A DNA stretch of 32,000 nt from Nostoc sp. PCC 7120 = FACHB-418 (GTDB lineage: Bacteria; Cyanobacteriota; Cyanobacteriia; Cyanobacteriales; Nostocaceae): the NCBI RefSeq assembly GCF_000009705.1, contig NC_003272.1:3750001-3782000 (forward strand). The letters run 5' to 3'. Both the position numbers and the translations under genes were made by a program. Below, piece after piece: positions 14,872 through 23,444 of the stretch. The notes beneath the pieces are model-generated. The model was not told the origin of the DNA. It made no database searches and saw only the letters and a program-made list of their open reading frames with translations. Each line of letters opens with the position of its first letter. Position 1 is the stretch's first letter.

Positions 14872-16602
14872 TTACCTCTTCCCCAACTTTTCCCGCAACG
14901 CCTCCGGTAGATTCAGCGCTGTCTCCAAACCTCGCACGCCTTCCCATTGCTGAATTTCTCCCCAGGTCATCTCTTCTAGGTTGGCTTCACTTATGTCTGT
15001 ATCGTCGAGAATGGCATAACTGAGGTTGGCGCTACTGAGGTCTGCACCATTCAAAATTGCGCCACTCAAGTTACTACCACTCAGGTTGGCACTGTTGAGG
15101 TTGGCAAAGCTGAAGTCAGTACCCAAGAGTATGGCATCGCTGAGGTCTGCGCCTGTGAGGTCGGCTTCGCTGAGAATCCCGCCACTCAAATCGGCATCAT
15201 TGAGAACTACGCCAGTTAAATCTACGCCACTGAGGTCTGCACCTAAAAACATAGCGCCGTTGAGTCTGGCGTAGTTGAGTTTAGCACCGTTGAGTTTGGC
15301 ATAACTGAGGTCAGCTGCTTCCAGAATGGCATCACTTAAGTTAGTACTAAAAAGAATGGTATCGCTGAGGTTAGTACCGTTGAGGGTGGCGTGTGTGAGG
15401 TCTGCACCACTCAAGTCTGCACGACAAAGGTCGGCGCGACTGAGGTCGGCGTGATTGAGGTTGGCATCACTGAGGTTAGCACCAAATAAGATGGCGTTGC
15501 TGAGGTTGGCGCGACGGAGTTCAGCATCTCTGAGGTTGACACCACTGAGGTTGGCGTGGCTAAATTCGCCATCGTTGAGGATGGAACTACTCAGGTCAGC
15601 ACGACTGAGGTCGGCACGTTGCAAGTTAGCACCGCTTAGGTTTGCACCCGTAAGGTTGGCGCTGCTGAGGTCGGCGCTACTCAAGTTGGCACCACTGAGA
15701 TTAACACTGCTGAGGTTGGCATCACCAAAGTCTGCACCTGTGAGGTTAGCGTCTTGGAAGTTTGCGCCTGTAAGGTTGGCATCACCAAGGTATGCGCCAC
15801 TGAGGTTAGCACCACTAAAGTTAACTCCTGTCAAGTTGGCATTTCCCAAGTATGCACCTTGAAAGTTACCACCTCGGAGAAATTCCCCTACGATATTACT
15901 AAAGTTGCCAATTTCTATGGCATCGCTATAATTAATTACCCGCAGTAGTTGGGAGGTAAAAAAGCTGTCTGTATCTGGTGGGGAAGAAGGATAAAAGTTG
16001 ATTTGTTGCCGCAGTTCTTCTTGCTGTTGGGCGTAGCGGTGTAATTCTAGAAGTAAAATTAAGACATTAAGCCCAGCGTAAATATCAATCTGCCTCAGTC
16101 CCATGGCTTGATTCTGTGCTGCCATCTCCATCAATTTTCGCTGAGGTAAGTTCTCGCTTGGTGGCGCATCAATAAATTCTCCTCGACACCAACGTTGATA
16201 AAAATCTTCTAGACGGTGAAATAGCAACCCTGGGCGAAATTGTGCTTCCAGGATAAGCAATTCTATGACTTTTTCGACTATTTCTGAGTTTAATGCACCA
16301 TTACCGAGTAAATCATAAATCTCTTGTTGGAGTTGGCTATTGCTAGTGGAAAATTTCCCCTTACCATCCTCTCTTGTCCATGCCTCTAAACTGATTTGTA
16401 ATCTTTCACATAAAATTTCTTTCTGTAAATTAACTTGAGAAAAGTTTACATCTTTGGCTGGTTTTTGTTGGTGTTTTCCCAGAGGTAAAAATGAGCGACT
16501 ACCTACATACTTTGTTGTAGGCCTATCTGTTGACCTTGTACCCCGAACATAATTCTGTAAGAGTTTCCAAACATGAGGTAGTTCTGACATTTTTTTATCC
16601 AT
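14872..16602 (-). CDS. pentapeptide-repeat protein with about 265-aa unrecognised N-terminal domain
   Basis: Roughly 60 consecutive A(D/N)LxG-type pentapeptides (ANLTGVNFSGANLSGAYLGDANL...). The track start 16692 gives an implausible hydrophobic leader. Met 16602 (MDKKMSEL) or Met 16590 is more likely. Confidence 0.85.
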   Translation of the reverse strand: MDKKMSELPHVWKLLQNYVRGTRSTDRPTTKYVGSRSFLPLGKHQQKPAKDVNFSQVNLQKEILCERLQISLEAWTREDGKGKFSTSNSQLQQEIYDLLGNGALNSEIVEKVIELLILEAQFRPGLLFHRLEDFYQRWCRGEFIDAPPSENLPQRKLMEMAAQNQAMGLRQIDIYAGLNVLILLLELHRYAQQQEELRQQINFYPSSPPDTDSFFTSQLLRVINYSDAIEIGNFSNIVGEFLRGGNFQGAYLGNANLTGVNFSGANLSGAYLGDANLTGANFQDANLTGADFGDANLSSVNLSGANLSSADLSSANLTGANLSGANLQRADLSRADLSSSILNDGEFSHANLSGVNLRDAELRRANLSNAILFGANLSDANLNHADLSRADLCRADLSGADLTHATLNGTNLSDTILFSTNLSDAILEAADLSYAKLNGAKLNYARLNGAMFLGADLSGVDLTGVVLNDADLSGGILSEADLTGADLSDAILLGTDFSFANLNSANLSGSNLSGAILNGADLSSANLSYAILDDTDISEANLEEMTWGEIQQWEGVRGLETALNLPEALREKLGKR

Positions 16603-17070
16603 TAATAATAAATTGCCAAAGTAGAAATATATAGATAAATTCAATGCTTCGGTGTTGTGAAAGCATGAAAATTTAGTATAAAATAAATCCAAGTATTTAA
16701 AATTAAAATTACATCAACAACACCTGACATAAGGATTTTCTCGGTAAAAAATTTAATCTTTAAGAGGAAGATCAGGCTATAGGTTCCCAAGAATTAGCGA
16801 AATTGAGCTATTTTAAGGAAATAATCTATTTTTAGGCGCTAACTTTACTAAAACAGATGTAAAAATAATACGTACTGTTTGCTACAAAGACGATTGTTAG
16901 GAAAAATACTACAACAAAACAGCACAACAAATCTAAAAAATGCTGTTCCTCACCAAACTGAGAAGCTAGTAACTAGCCATCAGGTAATTTTGGCTCTTTT
17001 CCGGTGAACAGACAACTGACGCTCATAGCGCATGAGAAATAATTAACGATAGTTATCAGGAATAAACTAG

Positions 17071-20000
17071 ATGAAAAAATTTACTTTTTATTTAATATTG
17101 TTCAATGGATTATTTTTAGGAATAGCAACAGCCAACGCAAAGTTATCATCTACAAACATAGTTAATCAAAATTCTCAAATTATAGCTATAAAAACTAAGC
17201 CTGAAAAATCCATAACTAATCAATACCCCTATATCTCTACACCCCTACACCCTGCTTATACTCTTTTTCCCTCTGCTGCTATCAAACAACCACATCAGCC
17301 TCAACTACAAAAGCCAGAACAAATTTGGGTAATTAACCAAAATCAACAGGTCAAGGATCAACCCTTTATTTGGGTGGTGAACAATCATAAAAAGGCAGCA
17401 GAGCAACCATTTCTACAAGTTGGTAAATCCACAGATAAACCGGATAAGAAACCTGCTACAGAATCTAAGCCGGAAAAAAAGGATGACTGGGAATCTTTTG
17501 ATGAAGTAGTGAAAGATACCGAAAAACTAGACGGTCTATTTACTTTATATCGTCATAAAGAAAAGAATAAAATATATCTAGAAATTAAGCCAGAACAAAT
17601 CAATAAAAATTACTTAGCTACCGCAACCCTGGAATCTGGTATTGGCGAACAAGGGATTTACAGTGGTTTACCGTTACAAGACTTTTTATTTTATTTCCAG
17701 AGAGTAGGCAAAAAACTATCTTTTGTGGTACGCAATGTTAATTTTCGCACAAGGGAAGGTGATCCACAAATGCGATCGCTCGCCCGTTCGTTTAGCGATT
17801 CTGTTCTCTACTCGGTAGACATCAAAAGCATTCATCCCCAAAGAAAAACCTTGTTAATTGACTTGGGTGACTTGCTGTTGGCAGACTTAGCCGGATTATC
17901 TTTATTCATGGGATTGACTCCAAATGCAGACCAGTCTTCCTTTGGCAGTGCCAAAACCTTTCCCCAAAATTTAGAAATCGAGTCAGTATTGAACTTCTCT
18001 AGTAGCGGTACCAACCCTAACAATGAAACGTTGTATCTGACGACTGTGCCAGACAGTCGTGGCTTTACCCTCAGGGTTCACTATAGTCTTTCCCAACTAC
18101 CAGAAAATAATTATCGTCCGCGTATAGCTGATGAACGGGTTGGTTATTTTATCACCGCTTACCAAGATTTATCTAAAGAAGAACGTAACGATCCTTTTGT
18201 CCGCTACATTAATCGCTGGCATTTAGAAAAGAAAGACCCCGATTCACCCCTATCTCGCCCTAAAAAACCCATTGTCTTCTGGATTGATAACGCCGTACCC
18301 TTACAGTACCGCCAAGCTGTCAAAGAAGGGATACTCATGTGGAACAAGGCTTTTCTCAAAGCTGGATTTCAAGATGCGGTGGAAGCTAGACAAATGCCAG
18401 ACAATGCCACATGGGACCCAGCCGATATTCGTTACAACACAATTCGCTGGATTAACACTGTTGATGGTTATTTTGCTATGGGGCCATCTCGCGTTAATCC
18501 TTTAACTGGGGAAATTTTGGATGCAGACATATTAGTTGATGCTAGTCTTGTCCGCTTACTCAAGAGTCGATACAGCACACTTGTAGAACCTAGTCAACTA
18601 AGTACCCGTACTTCCTTGTCGGCATTAATGCGGAATCGGGGACTTTGTCGCAACGGTTTAGCCACAACAGGAAACAACAATACTCAAGAAAAATCCCCAA
18701 GACCAAATGGTTTTTTGCAGCGCTTATCTAAGCTAGCCGGTGATTATGACTTATGCTACGGCATAGAAGCCGCCAACCAATTTGCTTTTGGGGCTTTGTC
18801 CATGTCACTGCTACAAAACAACGCACCGAATCAAGAACAGCTACAACAATATATCAATCAATATTTACGTTTAATTATTGCCCATGAAGTAGGGCATACC
18901 CTGGGTTTGCGGCATAACTTCCGTGGTAGTAATCTGCTATCACCAGAAGAGATGAACAATCCGGAAATCAGTCGTACCAAAGGTTTGACAAGTTCTGTGA
19001 TGGACTATATTCCACCGAATATTGCCCCCCAAGGAACACAGCAGGGAGACTATTTTCCTAGTATGGTGGGGTCTTATGATGAGTGGGCAATTCAGTACGG
19101 TTATACCCAAACCAACGCGACAACTCCCATAGCGGAAAGGCCAATTTTACAAGAAATTGCCAGCCAATCTTATAAACCGGAATTGAGTTATTCTCCCGAT
19201 GAGGATATGTATGACCTCGACCCTACCGCCGATGCTTGGGATCATAGTAGTAACGTGCTGGTTTATTCTCAATGGCAGTTAGATAATTCTCGATTAATGT
19301 GGGAAAGTCTCAATAAACGTTTCCCCATGCCTGGAGAAAGTTATAGTGATTTAAGCGATCGCTTTGGCTCAGTTCTCAGTAACTATTTTCAGAATATCTT
19401 CTACACAACAAAATATATCGGTGGGCAGTCCTTCTACCGCCTAAAAGCTGGGGAAATCTCAGCTAATAAGCTAGCTAGTCGCCCAAATCGCTTACCCTTT
19501 GAACCTGTACCCGTTGAACAACAACGGCAAGCACTCAAAACACTACAAAAGTATATTTTTGCTGAAGATGCTCTGAATTTCCCCCCAGACCTACTGAATA
19601 AATTAGCACCTTCTCGCTGGTATCACTGGGGAAGTTTTCCCCAAATTGGACGGTTAGATTATCCCGTGCATGACTTGATATTATTCCTGCAAGCTGCTGT
19701 ATTACGGGAATTACTAGCAGGCGATCGCCTCACTCGTCTCAAGGATATTGAACTCAAAAGCTTACCCGAAAAATCACTACCATTACCTGAACTTTTTGAT
19801 ACCTTGCAAACGGGAGTTTGGACAGAAGTCCTCAAACCAAAAGCCGGGGCGCTGAAAATTACCAGCCTCCGGCGCGGCTTGCAGCGAGAATATCTTGATA
19901 TCTTGATTGGCATGGTGTTGCGGCGAGAATACGTCCCTGAAGATGCTCGTTCCCTAGCTTGGTATAAGCTTAAACAATTGAACGAAAAACTCAAGTCAGT

Positions 20001-20091
20001 CAATACCAACGATGAATATACCAAAGCCCACTTACTAGAAACTAGCGATCGCATCGAGAAAGCTTTGAATGCTCCATTGCAGGCGAATTAG
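17071..20091 (+). CDS. large secreted zinc metalloprotease (HExxHxxGxxH; DUF5117/DUF4953-type)
   Basis: N-terminal signal-like FYLILFNGLFLGIATANA. Zinc motif IAHEVGHTLGLRHNF. 1006 aa. Confidence 0.85.
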   Translation: MKKFTFYLILFNGLFLGIATANAKLSSTNIVNQNSQIIAIKTKPEKSITNQYPYISTPLHPAYTLFPSAAIKQPHQPQLQKPEQIWVINQNQQVKDQPFIWVVNNHKKAAEQPFLQVGKSTDKPDKKPATESKPEKKDDWESFDEVVKDTEKLDGLFTLYRHKEKNKIYLEIKPEQINKNYLATATLESGIGEQGIYSGLPLQDFLFYFQRVGKKLSFVVRNVNFRTREGDPQMRSLARSFSDSVLYSVDIKSIHPQRKTLLIDLGDLLLADLAGLSLFMGLTPNADQSSFGSAKTFPQNLEIESVLNFSSSGTNPNNETLYLTTVPDSRGFTLRVHYSLSQLPENNYRPRIADERVGYFITAYQDLSKEERNDPFVRYINRWHLEKKDPDSPLSRPKKPIVFWIDNAVPLQYRQAVKEGILMWNKAFLKAGFQDAVEARQMPDNATWDPADIRYNTIRWINTVDGYFAMGPSRVNPLTGEILDADILVDASLVRLLKSRYSTLVEPSQLSTRTSLSALMRNRGLCRNGLATTGNNNTQEKSPRPNGFLQRLSKLAGDYDLCYGIEAANQFAFGALSMSLLQNNAPNQEQLQQYINQYLRLIIAHEVGHTLGLRHNFRGSNLLSPEEMNNPEISRTKGLTSSVMDYIPPNIAPQGTQQGDYFPSMVGSYDEWAIQYGYTQTNATTPIAERPILQEIASQSYKPELSYSPDEDMYDLDPTADAWDHSSNVLVYSQWQLDNSRLMWESLNKRFPMPGESYSDLSDRFGSVLSNYFQNIFYTTKYIGGQSFYRLKAGEISANKLASRPNRLPFEPVPVEQQRQALKTLQKYIFAEDALNFPPDLLNKLAPSRWYHWGSFPQIGRLDYPVHDLILFLQAAVLRELLAGDRLTRLKDIELKSLPEKSLPLPELFDTLQTGVWTEVLKPKAGALKITSLRRGLQREYLDILIGMVLRREYVPEDARSLAWYKLKQLNEKLKSVNTNDEYTKAHLLETSDRIEKALNAPLQAN

Positions 20092-20103
20092 GTTTGGGGA
20101 ACG

Positions 20104-20157
20104 GGTAATGGGTAATGAAAGAGAATTTGATTTGTCCCCAATCCCCAATCCCCTAAC
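20104..20157. repeat. short tandem heptamers (GGGTAAT x2; CCCCAAT x2.5, STRR1-like)
   Basis: Read directly in the spacer between convergent genes. TTGGGGA/TCCCCAA can pair across it. Confidence 0.5.
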
Positions 20158-20895
20158 TCAACTATTCAACGCTTTAATAAAACGTTGTAAACTTTTGAAA
20201 ACACTGGGCTTTCTGGCAGGTACAGCATCTGCTCCTGCTGTTTGTGGTTGCCCTTTCATGAGAATTAAATCTATTTCATCACCTGAAGGTTTTTTGGGTA
20301 AATTGGCGATTTTCGCCCAGTTACCATCATTTTCTACCCAAATTTCCCAGTCTCCAGGGTAAGAACGGAATAAAGCCGTTTCATCATCAATAGGACGTAG
20401 GTAGTAACAGGATTGAATGATATTGAGGAAACGCTCGCGGGTTTGTCTGGCGGTATAACCAATGCCTACAGTACCTGCATCTTCTAAACGAGGGTTGAGG
20501 AAAATAGCCGGGCGATCGCCTATTATTTCACAAATTTTCTCTAGTTGGGGTACTTCTACGGAAGTGGGGGAAATAAAGAGGAAAATTTCATCTTCTGGTT
20601 GAATTTTTGATTGAATAGAAGCAATCCTTCCCGTACCAATATCCAAAATTTGAAAGGCTGCATCTTTCCAATCACGACGAGCTAAAGCAGCAGCACCAGC
20701 ATCAGCAAAGAAGACTTTCAAGCGAGATTCGTATTCTACCAAACAGGGTAGAAACTGTTCTGCTACAGGCATAAACTTGAGTTCGGGAAACAGCAACTCA
20801 ACTTGGATGCGGTTACAACCGTCTGCTAAAGCGGATTTGGTGGCTTCACGGGATTGGGCGATCGCGTCTTCTAAACTGCTGGGAAGTTCCGGCAT
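20158..20895 (-). CDS. DUF1995-like conserved cyanobacterial/plastid-lineage protein
   Basis: MPELPSSLEDAIAQSREATKSALADGCNRIQVELLFPELK resembles DUF1995 N-termini (from memory). The track start at 20913 is TTG, so ATG 20895 is preferred. Confidence 0.6.
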   Translation of the reverse strand: MPELPSSLEDAIAQSREATKSALADGCNRIQVELLFPELKFMPVAEQFLPCLVEYESRLKVFFADAGAAALARRDWKDAAFQILDIGTGRIASIQSKIQPEDEIFLFISPTSVEVPQLEKICEIIGDRPAIFLNPRLEDAGTVGIGYTARQTRERFLNIIQSCYYLRPIDDETALFRSYPGDWEIWVENDGNWAKIANLPKKPSGDEIDLILMKGQPQTAGADAVPARKPSVFKSLQRFIKALNS

Positions 20896-21123
20896 AATAT
20901 ATTTATCTCTCAAGCATTGACTTCTATTGTTTCAGTTTATGAAAAATTGAGCCTGGCTAACTAGCTAAAGCTCAAGAGATTTAAATATATATTAAACCGT
21001 GTGAAGACTTGGTCAAGCGCCCTATACCCCCAGTGTCGGGAATTATTTGGTAGCTTAACCCAATTGAGCGATCGCTTTGGCTAATTTTGCCGTAACATCC
21101 CCTACAAGTAAAAACCCTTGTCT

Positions 21124-21387
21124 TCAAGGTGTCATTGGTGGGTCATTACTAATCGAGAGCGCTTTTTTACTACGTTTCAATTGTTTCCAAAGAGACTTTA
21201 TTTGCTTACAAGCTTCATCAGGAGAGAGCTTACCGGATGTTTCCAACGCTGTGACATAGCCAATTCTGTTGGCAAATTCTCGCAAATCAGCATTAAATGT
21301 AAGATTCTCTGCTTTTCCCCGACCGTAGTAGCGACTGCGAGCAGAAAAAAAGTTGTTTTTGTCGTTCCGATTAGACTCAACCATCAT
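21124..21387 (-). CDS. conserved hypothetical small protein (87 aa)
   Basis: Chosen among four overlapping track ORFs for protein-like composition: NLTFNADLREFANRIGYVTALETSGKLSPDEACKQIKSLWKQLKRSKK. AGGTGA lies just upstream of the ATGATG start. Confidence 0.5.
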   Translation of the reverse strand: MMVESNRNDKNNFFSARSRYYGRGKAENLTFNADLREFANRIGYVTALETSGKLSPDEACKQIKSLWKQLKRSKKALSISNDPPMTP

Positions 21388-21609
21388 TTCACCTGCGTTT
21401 AAGACTGTTTTTGAATAGTTTTTTTATGCTTAGACAAATAGTATTCCCAGTTTTAAATCCTAAATTAACATCAAAATCAAATTAGGGCTTTCCCAGAAGT
21501 TGTTGATTATTTAAGCCAAGTCACTCTTCTGTATGACCGTGTATAATATTAACTCCGGCTAATCACTTACAATATGGTTGGTTTGAGCAGTAATGAGCTT
21601 CCGCTATGA

Positions 21610-21681
21610 GTCAGCAGTCACTTGTATGGTTTGTTGACTGCTGACGGTTAACTGTCAACCGTCAACTGTTAACAGCCAACA
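21610..21681. repeat. 11-bp perfect hairpin followed by STRR-like GTCAAC(C/T) heptamers
   Basis: GTCAGCAGTCA 21610-21620 / TGACTGCTGAC 21635-21645. Then GTCAACC GTCAACT GTTAACA GCCAACA at 21654-21681. Confidence 0.5.
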
Positions 21682-21734
21682 CGAAAAGATATGCAGCGCC
21701 GCAGATATGATTAGTTTTCAGACAAACATGATAT

Positions 21735-22964
21735 TTAGAAAAGAGTCAATCGATATGTGCCACGGTTATTGGGATTATTGGAAGTAACAACTATATAGTA
21801 GGTATCATCCTCAGGCAATCTAGCTCGGTCAATTAAAGCACTATAAAGGCCATCTTGATCATTATCCGCAGCAATAGTCTTCCCTTGGGAATTTAACAAG
21901 ACTATATAAGGAGAGAATTCTTCATTGATGCTATCTGCACGAATACTTACAAGCTGATTTTTTTTGCCTTGAAACTGAGACACATTATAAGCACTACGAT
22001 TTTGCTTAATGGTTGAGCTTTGAGCATTCAGTTCCGCCGATTCGTCTAGGATATAGCTGGCTCTGTCATTCCTGAGAGCTAGACTATAGCGTCCTGTATC
22101 ACTAGGGTTGCGACTAGTCACTGCAATTGTGTAAGTCCCTTTGACGGGTAATCTTACAAAGACAAACGCATCCTTAATATTACTATTCGTCCCAACACTA
22201 CCTCTTTTTAAGATCACCTTATTATCAGGATCGAGGAGGAACATAAACGGACTTAGACTCAAATTGCTGGAGCGACGTGAATCAGTGCTACCACCCAACC
22301 TGATTTGGAGTAGTTGGTTTTCTCTTCCCTCGAATTTATAGAAATGAAAATACCTTCCTTGAGACTGAAAATCACCTTTAGAAAGTACACCAAAAGCGAT
22401 ATCTACAAAGTTAATCTCCCTAAAAGGAAGGTTAGACAAGGAAACAGGAGAAATTTTGGCAGTTGAATTGCGACCTCTACCTGGATTTGTAATTGATTGA
22501 CGACCTCTTTGCGGTGAAGCAGAGTTAGTTTGTCTAGAATTGGAATTTGACGACGTAGATGTTCTAGGCGCAGAGTTAATTTGTCTTGGCTGAGAAGCTG
22601 GGTTGGAATTTGACGACGTAGATATTCTAGGCGCAGAATTACTTTCTCTAGGTTGGGGAGTTGGATTAGAGTCTGTTGAGTTGGACGATTCACGAACAGG
22701 AATGGGTGACTCGATTGATTGCTTGCTTTGTTGTTGTGGAGTTGCAGGCGGTAGAGAAGTAGGGATTTGTTCGATAGCTTGTTGTACTGCTTCTGGTTGT
22801 CTCTCGTCTGGGGTTTTAGCTATTATGAGTTTTCCAGAGTTCTCCGGGATATCTAAAGCCTTTATGGGCAAAGTATAGTTTGCAACTACTAAGCTACTGC
22901 TCATGGAAACAATCAAAGCTAAGTTTAATCTGATCCAGTAATTTTTGCTCTTCTGTTCTGCCAT
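21735..22964 (-). CDS. secreted protein: signal peptide, S/N/P/R-rich linker, two PPC (pre-peptidase C-terminal)-like beta domains
   Basis: Hydrophobic N-terminus LALIVSMSSSLVVANY. Two C-terminal modules end in GTYTIAVTSRNPSDTGRYSLAL and DTYYIVVTSNNPNNRGTYRLTL. Met 22964 is preferred because the first five codons (ATGAGGAGTGAAATT) supply a GGAG 7 nt upstream. Confidence 0.7.
   Translation of the reverse strand: MAEQKSKNYWIRLNLALIVSMSSSLVVANYTLPIKALDIPENSGKLIIAKTPDERQPEAVQQAIEQIPTSLPPATPQQQSKQSIESPIPVRESSNSTDSNPTPQPRESNSAPRISTSSNSNPASQPRQINSAPRTSTSSNSNSRQTNSASPQRGRQSITNPGRGRNSTAKISPVSLSNLPFREINFVDIAFGVLSKGDFQSQGRYFHFYKFEGRENQLLQIRLGGSTDSRRSSNLSLSPFMFLLDPDNKVILKRGSVGTNSNIKDAFVFVRLPVKGTYTIAVTSRNPSDTGRYSLALRNDRASYILDESAELNAQSSTIKQNRSAYNVSQFQGKKNQLVSIRADSINEEFSPYIVLLNSQGKTIAADNDQDGLYSALIDRARLPEDDTYYIVVTSNNPNNRGTYRLTLF
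22540..22665. repeat. 63-bp tandem duplication inside the linker-coding region
   Basis: TTGGAATTTGACGACGTAGAT(G/A)TTCTAGGCGCAGA(G/A)TTA at 22540 and 22603. It encodes NSAPRISTSSNSN... / NSAPRTSTSSNSN... Confidence 0.7.
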
Positions 22965-23444
22965 AATTTCACTCCTCATGCTCTTAGTATTGAGTTATTT
23001 ATACAACTGAAGATAGATAGCCTTATCTACTTTTAATGCTGGACAATACCCAAATATTGGCAAATTTTGCTTTCCCACGTTTATTGTTATACTATGAAAG
23101 AAACTTTATATCCAAAAGATACCAGCTATATTTTTGGAGTCACTAATTTTACTATACTTTATTAAGAACATATAGCTCAGATATAGGAATTGATATCAGG
23201 CAGATATAAGATTCACACTTGATTTCTGAAATATACGCAGAGTGGACAATGACAACCCCAAAATACGGAGATTTGTTTCGATAATCAAATCGGATTCCTA
23301 GAGAATATTAACTGTTGTTGAAAAAATATTTTCCATATTAAATCCCTGAGTTACATCTTTTTGATTGAACATCATGCACCAGATTGACAGCAAAACTATA
23401 ACTATTGGATTAATATATACTCAAACTGTACACGGATTCCCAGT

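Noticed and set aside
14990-15870. Regular short-period repeats that could superficially resemble a CRISPR array (also 24590-25470)
   Set aside because: The periods are 15 nt and 126 nt, with no unique spacers. Both lie inside long ORFs encoding pentapeptide and WD40 repeats. No cas genes are present.
15026-15948. Three plus-strand ORFs (15026-15274, 15455-15862, 15754-15948) antisense to the pentapeptide-repeat gene
   Set aside because: Their low-complexity L/R/A/S/P-rich translations are a by-product of the 15-nt periodic repeat on the opposite strand. The minus-strand frame gives canonical pentapeptide repeats.
16872-16885. GTActgtttgcTAC, a match to the NtcA-binding consensus GTA-N8-TAC, about 185 nt upstream of the metalloprotease gene
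   Set aside because: Several such matches are expected by chance in 32 kb of AT-rich DNA. The hexamer about 22 nt downstream (TACTAC) is a poor TAN3T -10 box.
21077-21402. Plus-strand ORFs 21077-21259 and 21118-21402, and minus-strand ORF 21198-21380
   Set aside because: They overlap each other. The minus-strand frame 21124-21387 has the most protein-like sequence and an SD-like AGGTGA, so the others are treated as shadow ORFs.
22403-22878. ORFs 22403-22693 (-) and 22603-22878 (+) inside the PPC-protein gene
   Set aside because: They are alternative frames of the low-complexity linker region. The 414-aa frame has a signal peptide and folded C-terminal domains.
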